A stretch of DNA of 64,000 nt from Leptospiraceae bacterium (GCA_040217195.1 JAVJNR010000004.1:986358-1050357); one strand, 5' to 3'; positions 33,786 to 45,185 are shown, counted from the first letter of the stretch. The notes: generated from the sequence alone by a model not told the origin. A program made the numbers and translations.

Positions 33786-35387
33786 ATGGCGAAGAGCAAG
33801 ACTGCAAAGAAAACCAATGCAAAAAGAAACCAGGCAACTCCTAAAACGAAATCAGTAAGCAGATCCGGTAATTCAACCGGAACCCGAGCGAAGCGAAATT
33901 CCGGCTCAGTTAAGGACAAGTCCGCTGATATTGCGACTTATGATGTGATTATTATAGGTGCAGGTCTTTCAGGAATCGGGGCTGCCTATCATCTTCAGGA
34001 CAAACTACCCGAAAAATCGTATATCATTCTAGAGGGACGAGATGATCTTGGAGGGACCTGGGATCTTTTTCGATATCCTGGAATACGCTCGGACTCTGAC
34101 CTATTTACTTTTGGATATGATTTTCGCCCGTGGGAAAGCAGCAAAGGTATTGCCGATGGCCCATCCATTAAGAGCTACATCGCACAGACTGCCCGGGAGT
34201 CTGGTATTGACCGAAGACTAATCTACAAACATAAAGTTCTTTCTGTAAATTGGAATTCCCAGGAATGCCTCTGGCACATAGTTACAAAACGAAGCGACAC
34301 AAAAAAGAAGATAGAGTATCGCGCTCGCTGGATCTTCTCCGGAACCGGGTATTATAGATACGATGAAGGGTACACTCCGGAATTCAAAGGAAGAAACAGA
34401 TTCAAAGGACTAATCGTTCATCCCCAACACTGGCCTGAACGCCTGGATTACGATGACAAAAGGATAATAATCATTGGAAGCGGAGCCACTGCTGTGACAT
34501 TGTTACCTGCACTAACAGATCGGGCCGCTCATGTCACTATGCTGCAACGTACTCCAAGCTATATCATGCCGCTCCCGGAAGTAGAAATACTATCTAAAAT
34601 CCTGAAGCCCGTACTGGGCAAAACCCTGGCATTCAAGATTACGAGAAAAAAGAACATTCTCAGACAGAGATGGTTCTATCTTTTCTGTCAGAAATTCCCG
34701 GATCGGGCAAAAAAGTACATTCAGAAAGAGAGTGCGAAGCGATTGCCCGAAGGATACCCTGTGGATGTACACTTCAATCCTCCTTACAATCCCTGGGATC
34801 AAAGACTCTGTGCTGTTCCAGACAGTGATCTCTTCCAGGTTCTAAAGGAAGGCAAAGCATCCATAGTCACCGATCGAATCAAAACATTTACTAGAAATGG
34901 AATACAGCTGGAATCAGGTAAAGAGCTAGAGGCGGACATCATCGTTACGGCCACAGGACTGAATCTTCTTCCATTTGGAGGTATTCAAATTAAGGTCGAT
35001 GGAAAAAAGCTCCATCTACCGGACCATGTAGCTTTCAAGGGAATGATGCTGAGCGGAGTCCCTAACCTGGCCTTCGCCGTGGGTTATACCACTTCTTCCT
35101 GGACGCTCAAGGTCGGTCTACTTTGCGAACACTTTTGCAGACTACTGGATCACATGGATGCCCGCGATTATGATACTGCAGTACCAGAGGCAGACCCCGA
35201 AATGGAAACCAGACCGTTGCTGGATTTCGGTGCCGGCTACGTTCAGCGATCCCTTCAAGAGTTGCCCCGCCGGGGACTGGATTTTCCCTGGGTTATGTCC
35301 TGGGATTACGCAGAAGACGTGAAGTTACTTCGAAAGGGACCCGTGGAGGATGAACATCTTAAATTTGGACGAAAGGCAGGTTTCTGA
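33786..35387 (+). CDS. Flavin-containing monooxygenase (Baeyer-Villiger/EthA-like)
   Basis: GAGLSG, GGTWDLFRYPGIRSDSD, FKGLIVHPQHWP fingerprint, GSGATA, PWDQRLC. Confidence 0.93.
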   Translation: MAKSKTAKKTNAKRNQATPKTKSVSRSGNSTGTRAKRNSGSVKDKSADIATYDVIIIGAGLSGIGAAYHLQDKLPEKSYIILEGRDDLGGTWDLFRYPGIRSDSDLFTFGYDFRPWESSKGIADGPSIKSYIAQTARESGIDRRLIYKHKVLSVNWNSQECLWHIVTKRSDTKKKIEYRARWIFSGTGYYRYDEGYTPEFKGRNRFKGLIVHPQHWPERLDYDDKRIIIIGSGATAVTLLPALTDRAAHVTMLQRTPSYIMPLPEVEILSKILKPVLGKTLAFKITRKKNILRQRWFYLFCQKFPDRAKKYIQKESAKRLPEGYPVDVHFNPPYNPWDQRLCAVPDSDLFQVLKEGKASIVTDRIKTFTRNGIQLESGKELEADIIVTATGLNLLPFGGIQIKVDGKKLHLPDHVAFKGMMLSGVPNLAFAVGYTTSSWTLKVGLLCEHFCRLLDHMDARDYDTAVPEADPEMETRPLLDFGAGYVQRSLQELPRRGLDFPWVMSWDYAEDVKLLRKGPVEDEHLKFGRKAGF

Positions 35388-35435
35388 AGATAGCCTTTTT
35401 CTTGACTCCAGATTTCCGAGCCGCCCAATTCTTGC

Positions 35436-35933
35436 ATGGACAAGCTGAAGAAAATTGGAATGAACTTCGTTCAGGGTGGCGCGTTGCTTCTGGCCGGCTC
35501 CGGATTCTTCCTTTATAAATCGGTATTCACAGTCCGGGATGGAATCCTGAGTCAATCCTGGCCATCGACTCAGGGCACAGTGGTTGAAGCCAGAATAGAA
35601 CAATATCGCACTACCGGTGGCACGACAAGCGAGAAAACAATCGGGTATTTCTTTTACGAATACTCGGTAGACCAGGAAACCTACTCTTCCAACAGGCTAA
35701 ACTTCTTTAGCATTAGTGGAGATCCGGTCACTGCGGCCAAACAGTTCCAGCCAGGTGAGAAGGTAACTGTTTATTACGATCCTGACGATCCAGAGAGAGC
35801 CGTTATCGAACTCGGCCTGCCCGGGATCTTCGTCTGGTTGGCACTGGCTTTTGGGGTTCTGCTTTTTGTAGGATTCGTCTCGCTCACCTTTCTCGGTGAT
35901 TTTGGGGCAATTTTTGCCCGGATGACCGGTTAA
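35436..35933 (+). CDS. DUF3592 membrane protein
   Basis: SWPSTQGTV, YEYSVD, PGEKVTVYYDPDDPERAV. Confidence 0.88.
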   Translation: MDKLKKIGMNFVQGGALLLAGSGFFLYKSVFTVRDGILSQSWPSTQGTVVEARIEQYRTTGGTTSEKTIGYFFYEYSVDQETYSSNRLNFFSISGDPVTAAKQFQPGEKVTVYYDPDDPERAVIELGLPGIFVWLALAFGVLLFVGFVSLTFLGDFGAIFARMTG

Positions 35934-36020
35934 CAAAATGTATCTGATTGCGGCGATGCAAGGTAAAGAATCACTCGAAGCGCGAAAGCAATAGGATAGA
36001 GTATTCTCGACCCGGATGCC

Positions 36021-36045
36021 AAAAAAGAAGGGGGCCTGGCCCCCC
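36021..36045 (-). terminator. Probable intrinsic terminator of the outer-membrane protein gene
   Basis: Minus strand GGGGGC-CAG-GCCCCC followed by TTCTTTTTT. Confidence 0.6.
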
Positions 36046-36116
36046 GGAGTGCTTCCTGATGATAACATTTTGCCCATCTTCCTGGTAAAACACTAACTCA
36101 GGAGGAGAAGGTGCAT

Positions 36117-37181
36117 TCAGAAGCGAGCCTGAAACTCCAGGCCAATGGTGCTTAATTTGTCTTTCTGTGTGTAAAAGGGGCCGCTAACGGGATTTTCGAT
36201 AGTAACCAATCCCCCGGCTTTGATGCTTCCGCTAGTAGGCGTGTAGTACCGATTTTCAGTTCCGTAGTGGAGTTTTATGGAAACGCTTTCGTTGATTAAG
36301 TAGCCCAGACCCAGGTGAAATCGGCTGGTGCGAAGATCCCCGTCCGAAGTGTATTCCGAACTTGTCTCCAGGGGAAATGTACTACTGCCCAGGGTTAAAA
36401 GCGATAGACTCGAGATTATAGCTGTGCTCTGCCCTTTGCCCGCACCGAAAGAAGCGCCGGCCTCAAATTCCAGTTTTTCGGCGAATTGCTTTCTATAGAT
36501 CAGGCCAAAGTGCAAATCAGCGGTGGTAATGTTATGTTCGGTGCTTCCTGTTGAATTGATCTGACTGATGCTGGAGCTGGTAATGCTACCGGATGTGCCA
36601 GAATCTACTTGAGTGAACCCGGTATTGTACTGATCGGCGAAGAATTCATCCCGGGCCAGCTGTAGTCCCAGAATAAATCCCACATCTTTTAGCACACTGC
36701 TCTGGTCTCGAAAAAGGTACAACTCATGATCATACCCTAATTCGAAATGCTTCAGTTCGCTTTTCTGAAAGATACTGAATTGATTGGAGTTGGTCTGTGA
36801 TATGATATTGAAAGTTTGCGAGTAAAGATAGGAAAGACCTTTCGCATCCAGCTTAGCAGATCCTGTTCCGGCATATCCCAGATTGATGTTTCCCCGGTTA
36901 TTCGCTCCTCCGATGCTGATAATCAGTTCAACCATGGGCATGGATTGCCTGGCCTGTCCGTAGTCGAAGTAGTCTGCTGGAACGGCCAGCAATGAGCCAC
37001 TGAACAGTGAGGAATTCTGCAGGCCAGTCTGTCTTAATTTATCAAGCTCATTGAAAGCAGCCGGCTCCCAGGAAGCCTGGCTTATTCGTAATCCGAACCA
37101 GGAATTGGGAGACTCCTCGGCTTGAGTGGCAGTCAAAGAGCCAAAAATCAAAACAGCAAGTACCAGTTGTATCCGTTTCAT
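36117..37181 (-). CDS. Putative outer-membrane beta-barrel protein
   Basis: Signal peptide (MKRIQLVL...ATQA), amphipathic beta-strands, C-terminal IGLEFQARF; GAGG RBS at the 37181 start. Confidence 0.8.
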   Translation of the reverse strand: MKRIQLVLAVLIFGSLTATQAEESPNSWFGLRISQASWEPAAFNELDKLRQTGLQNSSLFSGSLLAVPADYFDYGQARQSMPMVELIISIGGANNRGNINLGYAGTGSAKLDAKGLSYLYSQTFNIISQTNSNQFSIFQKSELKHFELGYDHELYLFRDQSSVLKDVGFILGLQLARDEFFADQYNTGFTQVDSGTSGSITSSSISQINSTGSTEHNITTADLHFGLIYRKQFAEKLEFEAGASFGAGKGQSTAIISSLSLLTLGSSTFPLETSSEYTSDGDLRTSRFHLGLGYLINESVSIKLHYGTENRYYTPTSGSIKAGGLVTIENPVSGPFYTQKDKLSTIGLEFQARF

Positions 37182-37243
37182 GTAATCCTCGCACTCCGAA
37201 TTGGGAGCTGATAGATGCATGATACAGGGCTTTCTGGGATAGA

Positions 37244-37267
37244 TCGACCGATTGGGCCCATTTGTAC
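37244..37267 (-). promoter_or_regulatory. Candidate AraC-binding site GTAC-N14-GGTCGA
   Basis: In the divergent OMP/AraC intergenic region; TATCAT lies 19 bp downstream on the minus strand. Confidence 0.5.
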
Positions 37268-37364
37268 GGATACTGACAGATCTTTTTAACAGGCAGGAGC
37301 AAGGACTGACGTCAGATTTGATGAAAAGAATTGCTGGCAGAGGATTGGAAGCCTCCGCTAATGT

Positions 37365-39056
37365 GTGTCGTCCATGTTTGCATCCCAACCTAGACTTAGA
37401 TTGGCTGGATTGGCCGTTTCCCTGGTGATACTTTTTATTCCCGGGGTTTTACTTTCAGAAGAGCCATGCATTCTGGACAAGTCCAAATCAAGCTCCTTGC
37501 TGGCATGCACTGAATTTAAGTTCTACCCGTCCGAATTCAGTGGCCCCGATGACCTGAATGAATTTCAATCTATGCTTTTAGAGAAAGGCTGGGAAGGACG
37601 GGAAGGAAGCCAGTGGAGGTTTCCGGGACATACGGATGTACTCTGGTTACGATTCAAGATACGAAATGACCAGGAGGATGTACGAGAATGGATTCTCATT
37701 AATGAATTCGCTTTTTCCGATTCTCTGAAGCTCTTCTGGGTAGACGGCCAGAAACTACAACAGGACGAACAGGGGCTGATCCGACCCTGGGATGATAAAC
37801 ATATCGACTACAGACTGCCTGCATTTAGACTTCATATCCATCCAGGAACTAACTATTACTTTCTCAAATTACAGGCCCGGTCCGGAAAGTTGCTGTCGCT
37901 CAAATTGGAAGCACCTGGAACTCTGGCCACCCGCGAATCCTATCCAGGCTATCTATTCCCAACCTTTTTGACCGGCGGCATTACCGCTTTCGTGCTGAGT
38001 TTATTTATTCTCATTTCTCTCAAGGAGAGAATAGGTCTGCTCTATTGCATCTATGTTGCCTCCATGATTGTTTATATGTTCAGCTGGGAAGGCTACGCCA
38101 GGCAAATGCTATTTCCAGAACATGGCGTGTGGACCGTTGCCGTTTTATCCAGCTCCGGCGCTCTGGCTGGATGGGCCGTCATCGCATTATGGAGAGAGTT
38201 ACTCATTCTGTCTGTTCACGCACCCGTTATCAATCGAATCATGCAGTGGATTGGAGCCGGATATATTGTTACAGCCGTCTACAGCCTGATACCTGGTGCG
38301 GACCTTCGATTTGTTGATGTGGCAATCTACATCCTGCCAGCTCTATTCATTCCCCTGGCTATCTATTCCGGTATCTATGCAATTCGCATAGGCTTTAGGC
38401 CGGCCCTATTTACGCTTATTGGCTTCGCCGGATTTCTGGCATGCATTCCCTTCTTTTTCTACGCCGGCATGGGCTGGATTCCCGGTAGCGATTGGACCAG
38501 AAACCCGCTCTATTCTGGCTATTTGTTCGAGTTCGCAATGTTTCTAATCTCCGTTGGAATGCGAATCCATTTTCTGCGAAACATCCAGATAACCAATGCC
38601 ATGCCCGTGAATAATGGCGATGCCCGGACAGAAAAGGAGAAAGAAGCAGAACCGGAAAATGCCGGTCCGGAGGCTCCCAGCCGTCTGAGTCGATTGAATA
38701 TAGCTGAACTATCTCGAAAAATGGACTCCTTGATGAAAGAGGAGCAGCTCTTCTGCGATGAGGATCTCAGCCAGGAACGATTGGCTGGCCTGCTGGACAT
38801 CAAGCGTCACCAGCTGAGCGAACTTCTGCGGGTCGTTTACGGTACCAACTTCTATGCCTATATCAATTCCAATCGAGTTGCCTGTGCCCGGGATCTTCTG
38901 ATCTCTGAACCAGAGCGTTCTATTCTTTCTGTCGCTCTGGCTTCTGGTTTTAATTCCAAATCAACGTTCAATTCAGAGTTCAAGAAGCAAACAGGAATGA
39001 CACCGGGTGAATTTAGAAAAAGTCGCAGCGAAACCTCCATACAGGCAATTACTTAA
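37365..39056 (+). CDS. 7TM-DISM sensor fused to AraC HTH
   Basis: Extracellular DISMED2-like region (LWLRFKIRN, EWILIN, YRLPAF), 7 TM helices, GFNSKSTFNSEFK. Confidence 0.9.
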   Translation: MSSMFASQPRLRLAGLAVSLVILFIPGVLLSEEPCILDKSKSSSLLACTEFKFYPSEFSGPDDLNEFQSMLLEKGWEGREGSQWRFPGHTDVLWLRFKIRNDQEDVREWILINEFAFSDSLKLFWVDGQKLQQDEQGLIRPWDDKHIDYRLPAFRLHIHPGTNYYFLKLQARSGKLLSLKLEAPGTLATRESYPGYLFPTFLTGGITAFVLSLFILISLKERIGLLYCIYVASMIVYMFSWEGYARQMLFPEHGVWTVAVLSSSGALAGWAVIALWRELLILSVHAPVINRIMQWIGAGYIVTAVYSLIPGADLRFVDVAIYILPALFIPLAIYSGIYAIRIGFRPALFTLIGFAGFLACIPFFFYAGMGWIPGSDWTRNPLYSGYLFEFAMFLISVGMRIHFLRNIQITNAMPVNNGDARTEKEKEAEPENAGPEAPSRLSRLNIAELSRKMDSLMKEEQLFCDEDLSQERLAGLLDIKRHQLSELLRVVYGTNFYAYINSNRVACARDLLISEPERSILSVALASGFNSKSTFNSEFKKQTGMTPGEFRKSRSETSIQAIT

Positions 39057-39272
39057 TCGGTTAGATCCGCCCCAGAATAAGAACGAAAGAGGGACTGAAT
39101 TATGTTTCTTGAGAATAGCAGTATTCGGAGCGAAATACGGCCATTTTATGGTTGCGGCAAACCGAAATGTTTCCCCTGCTTCCTAGTCAACAGCATAACG
39201 ACCGATACATAACCATCCCTTCTCGTAATATTATATATTGATTATTATCACTTACCCAAAGAAGCTGGCTGG

Positions 39273-42200
39273 ATGGACTCTTGTTATCTTCGATCCGGAA
39301 TACTACAGGTGGTTGGCCACACAGTCATTGTGATTTGCATTCTCCAGGGATTGGTCCGCTGCACAGCATTGTTCGAAGATAAAAAGGAGGACCGGTTGGC
39401 AGCTCTGGCGTTACTGGGCCTAACAGATTCCCGGTCCAATGGTACCTTCACTGTCGATCGTAATGGCGGAACCTTTCAGAGCGATGATGGTTTATTTCGA
39501 ATTATTATTCCAGAAGGTGCTATGGATGAAACAGAAACGTTTACCATTGAGCGTCATAATGCATCGATGGATTCCTTTCCGTCCGGACTGCCCACAACAA
39601 AGGCTTACGAGTTGAGTCCATCCTATAGATTTCGAAAAAATGTAATTGTAGAAATGACTCTGGATACCAATACCATGGCCCATCTGGGGCTCTCGAGTGA
39701 AGATTCCATCGTTTATTCACATTCGGAGACAGGGTTGCATGAAGGGGATCCAAGTAGCGAAATTGGGGTGTCCCGACGTTTGCCCGGTTGGTCCGCCCTG
39801 AGCACCGAGGTCCTGGGCGACAAATTGCGTGCCACAACTAAAAGCTTCTCGATTTTCGGGGGAGCTACCGCGACCGGTCCCAACAGGCCCCCAAGAATTG
39901 GCGCAGGGTACTACTATTTTAAACCGGGCTGCCAGCGATTGCCATATAAAGTCCGGGCAAGGATAATAGAACCGGACGGGGACCCCATGGAGGTCTACCT
40001 AGTCACCGGGGAAAAAGATAACGGAACCATCTTGATTCCTATGGATCACGAGTCCGGAGATTGGTACGCGGGCGATCTACCCTACGAAGTGATGGGTACA
40101 ACGGGTCTTCAAATCCAAATACTTGCATTCGATGATACCGGAGCAAACACAACACTTCCCCTGTCCCAAACGTTCGTTTTTCCAGATAACGGAAGCCACC
40201 CGCAGGATTCCACTTACGACCCTATTGACGACAATATCGAATTGAATTGTGCCTGGGTCAAGGACCACCCCGGGGGAGACCCCACGGATACGGATGGCGA
40301 TGGGGTTCCGGACTCTCATGACAGCACGCCCAACGGTGAATCTACACCGGTCCTGACAGAATATCGAATCCTTCCTGAAACGATAACCATGGAACCCGGC
40401 GAAGTCGTGACTTTTGGAACTCTTGCACTGGACTCAGGGATACCGCAGGTCGTAGTCCCGGATTACAGTGCGTCGGCCAACATTGGAGAACTCGATGGTA
40501 GTAGATTCACGGCCACAACACCCGGCTCGGGATCAATAACCAGCACATCCGGTAGTTATAGCGATAACGCATCGATCATCGTATTGGATACAATTGCTCC
40601 AGCGAATGTAATAGACCTCGCCGCCATAGCGGTGGATCATAACAGCGTCGAGCTCTCCTGGACAGCGCCCGGCAACAATGGGAACCAAGGCCAGGCCCAG
40701 AACTATGAGATCCGGTACTCAACCTCGGAAATTGGAGACGAGGAAAGTTGTGACAATGGCTCCGGCTACTCTCATGGCTTAACCCCGAAAAGCGCCGGCT
40801 CGCCAGAGACCCTCCTTGTGACTAGCCTGATTCCGGAGACACGATACTACTTCTGCATTCGAGCTATAGACTCGGAAGGGAATCGCTCCGTTTGGACCGA
40901 CCAGGTGGATGTAATGACGACTCCCGCACCCGATTTAACTCCGCCTGCGGAGATTACAGACGCTACTGCACAGTCTTCAGGTACCAACTCCATTTTGCTG
41001 CGCTGGAACGCAGTGGGCGACGATGGTGTGGACGGATTTGCTACTGGCTACGAAATCAAAAAATCGACGTCCACTATCGCCTCCGACGCAGTTTGCAATT
41101 CGGCAATCCCCGTTGCGAACTCAATTATGCCGGCGACACCCGGAGCTCTGGAGAGCCTGAACATCTCTGATCTTTCGGAAGACACTACGTATTTCTTTTG
41201 TATTCGTGCTCTGGATGAGGCCGGCAATAAATCCCCGTGGAACTCGACTCTTTCCGCATTCACTGAGAACGCTAACGACCCGCCAATCGCAGAAGCAGGC
41301 GAAGATTCTACCTGGGCTCCGGGGGACACTGTTTCCCTTTCAGGAGAAATAACAGACCCTGATGCAGGACGGTGTAATGCCAATGTATCTAACTATTCAT
41401 ACTTCTGGACTTTTGATTCTGTACCCCCAGAGTCAAACTTGATCAACGGAGACATAGTTGGCCGCAATAGCCTGAACGCCAGTTTTGAACCTGATACAAT
41501 CGGGGAGTACACCTTATCGCTCCATGTCACCGATGATGCCGGCCTGTGCGAAGGCATCGCTATGGAAGACACTGATTCGGTAACCATCACCGTCAGCTGG
41601 GCGGGCTATGAATTTCGCAATTCAGAGTCTGGATACGTAAGCAGTTATCAATTTGGACGGTACTTCTGGGAAAACAATGCGGCAGGGGGGCAATACCTTC
41701 TCTGGAATCTTAGCAACGCAAACACGACTGTTCTTGGTAGATATAATCCCGAAACTGGATGGACCTTGTTGGAATCGCTTCCTTTCGGACTTCCTTATAT
41801 AGTAGATCTTACCATTGCTGGCTCGGATCATCTGATTCTGGCGCAAATTGAATCCAGCATGGACAACGATACTCTCTATACACGAGAATTCATTCCGGGC
41901 GCTGGATGGCAACCCGCCCTGGAACATCCTGTTCCCGATGGGACTCAACTCAGGAGTGTTTACGTTCAGGGCTCCAGGAATGGTTCGGTGCGAATGGTCT
42001 ATTTGGAAAGATCAGCCGAGCCGGATGCCACGTATGAGATTAGAGAAAAGGAGTATGAACCGGGCAATGGATGGCAAAGTCCAGTAATCCTTGAGGACTC
42101 AACTCAGTACATGGAGATAATGGACTTTAAAGGGGATCCAGTAAATGAGACTGCGGTGGCCGTATACTATGTAGGAAACTCTGACCTGCTTGTTAAACGG

Positions 42201-42857
42201 CTCCACAACGGGAGCTGGGAGGCATCCGAATCGGTGGGCACTCGTGACGGTGCTTTAAGAGACGTGGAGGCCCGCATAGATTCTGAAGGAAATATTGCAA
42301 TCTTCTGGGCGTATACGACCGGGGAGTACCCCCAATGGGAAGGTACGGTTCGACTCTCCTACTACGATGCAGGAGCCAAAATCTGGACCAAAGATTTGCT
42401 TATCGACAGCACTGGGGCCGAGTACGGACGGCACTATTTGTCTCTTTCTTTTGCGAACGGTACAGGATTCGCTTCATGGCAAAAGCTTGGTACCGACGGG
42501 GCTCAAAGCTTTTGCGAGTTTTCTCAATTTTCGATTACCGGCGGGGTAGAGGCTCCAGAGCATATCGCATTGTGTCGTGAAATCTGTATTGCCGCGGCTC
42601 CAGGAGGCCATGGAGTAGCGGCATACATAGTCCAGAATCCGCCTAGCTACGATAAGGACCTGCGAATGCAGCGTTACTTCCCCGACACAAAATGGGGAGT
42701 CGTACAGGAGGACTTCGATCAAAGCAGCAATTCAGACGTCTCTCTGCAGAATTGCAAAGAACTGCCGAATGATCCCCTGGGGCGCATTCTGGTTCCCTGG
42801 ATGTTCAACAATTATTCTGGTGGAGATACAGAGCACAGATTTCGCTACCTTGATTGA
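39273..42857 (+). CDS. Large surface lipoprotein: ZU5-like, Ca-binding motif, Ig-like, two FN3, PKD-like, beta-propeller-like C-terminus
   Basis: Cys after hydrophobic leader; GGTFQSDDG..IIIPEGAM; DTDGDGVPD; VELSWTAP/YYFCIRA; PPIAEAGED; repeated (Y/F)xPxxGW blades. Confidence 0.8.
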   Translation: MDSCYLRSGILQVVGHTVIVICILQGLVRCTALFEDKKEDRLAALALLGLTDSRSNGTFTVDRNGGTFQSDDGLFRIIIPEGAMDETETFTIERHNASMDSFPSGLPTTKAYELSPSYRFRKNVIVEMTLDTNTMAHLGLSSEDSIVYSHSETGLHEGDPSSEIGVSRRLPGWSALSTEVLGDKLRATTKSFSIFGGATATGPNRPPRIGAGYYYFKPGCQRLPYKVRARIIEPDGDPMEVYLVTGEKDNGTILIPMDHESGDWYAGDLPYEVMGTTGLQIQILAFDDTGANTTLPLSQTFVFPDNGSHPQDSTYDPIDDNIELNCAWVKDHPGGDPTDTDGDGVPDSHDSTPNGESTPVLTEYRILPETITMEPGEVVTFGTLALDSGIPQVVVPDYSASANIGELDGSRFTATTPGSGSITSTSGSYSDNASIIVLDTIAPANVIDLAAIAVDHNSVELSWTAPGNNGNQGQAQNYEIRYSTSEIGDEESCDNGSGYSHGLTPKSAGSPETLLVTSLIPETRYYFCIRAIDSEGNRSVWTDQVDVMTTPAPDLTPPAEITDATAQSSGTNSILLRWNAVGDDGVDGFATGYEIKKSTSTIASDAVCNSAIPVANSIMPATPGALESLNISDLSEDTTYFFCIRALDEAGNKSPWNSTLSAFTENANDPPIAEAGEDSTWAPGDTVSLSGEITDPDAGRCNANVSNYSYFWTFDSVPPESNLINGDIVGRNSLNASFEPDTIGEYTLSLHVTDDAGLCEGIAMEDTDSVTITVSWAGYEFRNSESGYVSSYQFGRYFWENNAAGGQYLLWNLSNANTTVLGRYNPETGWTLLESLPFGLPYIVDLTIAGSDHLILAQIESSMDNDTLYTREFIPGAGWQPALEHPVPDGTQLRSVYVQGSRNGSVRMVYLERSAEPDATYEIREKEYEPGNGWQSPVILEDSTQYMEIMDFKGDPVNETAVAVYYVGNSDLLVKRLHNGSWEASESVGTRDGALRDVEARIDSEGNIAIFWAYTTGEYPQWEGTVRLSYYDAGAKIWTKDLLIDSTGAEYGRHYLSLSFANGTGFASWQKLGTDGAQSFCEFSQFSITGGVEAPEHIALCREICIAAAPGGHGVAAYIVQNPPSYDKDLRMQRYFPDTKWGVVQEDFDQSSNSDVSLQNCKELPNDPLGRILVPWMFNNYSGGDTEHRFRYLD

Positions 42858-43195
42858 TGAAACCCGGCTTTTGGCATGCACCAATAAGCTAATTAGCTTG
42901 CCAGAAAGAGATCCTGGAGAATCGAGAAACGCCGGCTGAGCGATGGAGGTCAATAGATAAGCGGTGCTTGCCCTTTGCCTTCTAAAACGAGTAGTTTTCG
43001 TTGTTCCAGGCGAATCATATCTACAAAAGCTTAGCTGGAGCTGCCTTTAGAGTTCGAATCGCTGAAATTGGCGTGGGTTTCGCCACGGAGTATTAGACTT
43101 TTTCCCGCCAATTATTTAAATAGGATTACTTCTCAGGCACTCCGTAAGGCCTTTCTATAGAAAGGAAGCGAGCAACGCAATTTTGAGGCGCAACT

Positions 43196-44065
43196 ATGAA
43201 CATATTAGAGTGGACTGAGGCCGGACAGAGAATTGAAATCGAAGGTCATAAGATTTTCGCCATAGACTTCGGTGCCGGAGCAGACAAAGAGGTCATCGTA
43301 ATCCTGCACGGCTATCCCACGTCATCCTTTGATTATAAGGATGTTCTTCCGCATCTGTCTGAAAGATATCGAGTAATCATTCATGATCACCTGGGATTTG
43401 GTCTTTCAGACAAACCCGAGGATTACTCTTACTCCTTAATGGAACAGGCAGATCGGGCACTGCTTCTCTGGAAATCTCTGGGAGTCGAACGGGCTCATCT
43501 GGTAGCTCATGACTATGGAACCAGCATTGCCACAGAACTAATCGCCAGAAGAAACATGGGATTTGAACCAATCAAGCTAGAATCCCTGACTCTATGCAAC
43601 GGCTCCGTGCACATTGAGCTGGCAAAACTTAGAATCATTCAGAAGCTACTGCGCAATCAGACCGTGGGACCTCTGGTTGCGAAGCTCAGTAGTAAGAGAA
43701 TTTTCCGAAAGAATATGCGAAAGCTATGGCATGATCCATCGTTGCTTCCAGAAGAAGAAATAGATTCCATGTGGGAGCTACTAACAATGAACGAGGGCAA
43801 AAAAGCGCTGCCGCGAATCACTCAGTATTTACGCGAGAGAGAACGGTTCTGGCATCGCTGGGTGGGAGCCTTGAAAAAGACCGATATCAAGAGCAATATC
43901 TTATGGGGAAATGAAGATCCGATCACCGGAGGCCACATTGCCAGGATTCATCATGAGGAGATGCCAGGAAGCCAGCTACGAATTCTGGAAGGCCTGGGCC
44001 ATTATCCTATGATTGAAGACCCCAGACGTTGGGCTGTGGGATTGATAGAAGGGATCCAACGTTAA
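43196..44065 (+). CDS. Alpha/beta hydrolase (epoxide hydrolase/MEST-like)
   Basis: LHGYPTSSFD, DHLGFGLSDKP, AHDYG (Asp nucleophile), GHYPMIE. Confidence 0.92.
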   Translation: MNILEWTEAGQRIEIEGHKIFAIDFGAGADKEVIVILHGYPTSSFDYKDVLPHLSERYRVIIHDHLGFGLSDKPEDYSYSLMEQADRALLLWKSLGVERAHLVAHDYGTSIATELIARRNMGFEPIKLESLTLCNGSVHIELAKLRIIQKLLRNQTVGPLVAKLSSKRIFRKNMRKLWHDPSLLPEEEIDSMWELLTMNEGKKALPRITQYLRERERFWHRWVGALKKTDIKSNILWGNEDPITGGHIARIHHEEMPGSQLRILEGLGHYPMIEDPRRWAVGLIEGIQR

Positions 44066-44245
44066 CCAGAGAGGATTAACGCGATGCGAAAATAAGCCTC
44101 GGAGCCGGCCTGAATTGACACTAGGGCCCTGGAACTGCTGGAAACCGTACTGACGGAGCCCGGCCAGCATGAAAAAGCCCGGAAATTGCATAAAGAGTTG
44201 GCCCATCAATGATGAGCCCATCCTTTTCTCATTGTACCACGAAAG

Positions 44246-44983
44246 TTAGTGTCGAGCTAATCCACCATCTACTACAATAGTAGAGCCGGTCACATATGTG
44301 GATGCCTCGGAGGCGAGAAAAATCGCTGCACCAAGCATTTCATCCGGCCGAGCAATTCGACGCATTGGTATGGCCTGTTTTAGCTTTTCAGCGTATTCAT
44401 CATTCTTGCGAATGCTGGCCGTCATATCCGTTTCAGTGAATCCAGGACAAATGGCATTGACCCTGAATCCGCTGGAGGCCCATTCCACTGCCAGGGAGTT
44501 TCCCATTTGAATTAGTGCTCCCTTGGTTCCAGCATAAACGGACATCAGAAAGGCTCCATTAAGTCCAGCAATGGAAGCTATGTTAATTATGTTTCCGCCT
44601 TTCTTTCGCTGCATCTTATAATACGCCTGGCAGGAACGAAATACTCCTTTAAAGTTTGTATCCACCACATTCTCCAGGTCCTTTTCTTTTATCGCAGAAG
44701 CAGGAATATCCAGAGTAGTGGCACCGTTGTTGATCAGGCAGTCCAGCTGACCATGCTCCTTTCCTATTTCATTGATAAGATCTTTCATATCTGTTTCGGA
44801 ACGAAGATCCGCAGCTACTCCTTTAATCTTTGTGCCTTCCGTCCATGCCACGGATTCAGGCTTCGAACCTGTACCGTAGACGATGGCACCGGCCTCAGAG
44901 AATCCCTCGGCCAGAGCCCGGCCGATTCCCCGAGACGCACCAGTAATTAGAACTGTCTTATCCTTAACCGAAAATAAATCCAT
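44246..44983 (-). CDS. Short-chain dehydrogenase/reductase
   Basis: TGASRGIG, NNGA, YAGTK, NAICPG, VDGG. Confidence 0.93.
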   Translation of the reverse strand: MDLFSVKDKTVLITGASRGIGRALAEGFSEAGAIVYGTGSKPESVAWTEGTKIKGVAADLRSETDMKDLINEIGKEHGQLDCLINNGATTLDIPASAIKEKDLENVVDTNFKGVFRSCQAYYKMQRKKGGNIINIASIAGLNGAFLMSVYAGTKGALIQMGNSLAVEWASSGFRVNAICPGFTETDMTASIRKNDEYAEKLKQAIPMRRIARPDEMLGAAIFLASEASTYVTGSTIVVDGGLARH

Positions 44984-45185
44984 AGATCTTGCCCCCTATT
45001 CGCTTTGTATAATGCTCTACAGGATATGATTCAAGCCCAATCCGGGGAGTGCAAAAGGCGCAATCCACGCTTTCCCAACTCGCATTCCCTTGGCCCGGAT
45101 CCACAATAATACAAATCAATCCTTAGTGTCTCTTGCTTCAACGAGAGTCAAATATCCAATCTACGGACGACCCATCAACAAAAAA

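Noticed and set aside
30290..37388. Long N-terminal extensions in the ORF track (lipase to 31393, OMP to 37388; also cyclase to 9070)
   Set aside because: Internal ATGs followed by signal peptides, with RBS for the lipase and OMP, are better starts.
42886..42899. Perfect palindrome AAGCTAATTAGCTT, with similar GCTAATT-N5-AATTAGC at 9085-9103
   Set aside because: Short, AT-rich, different spacings and no linked regulator; could be chance.
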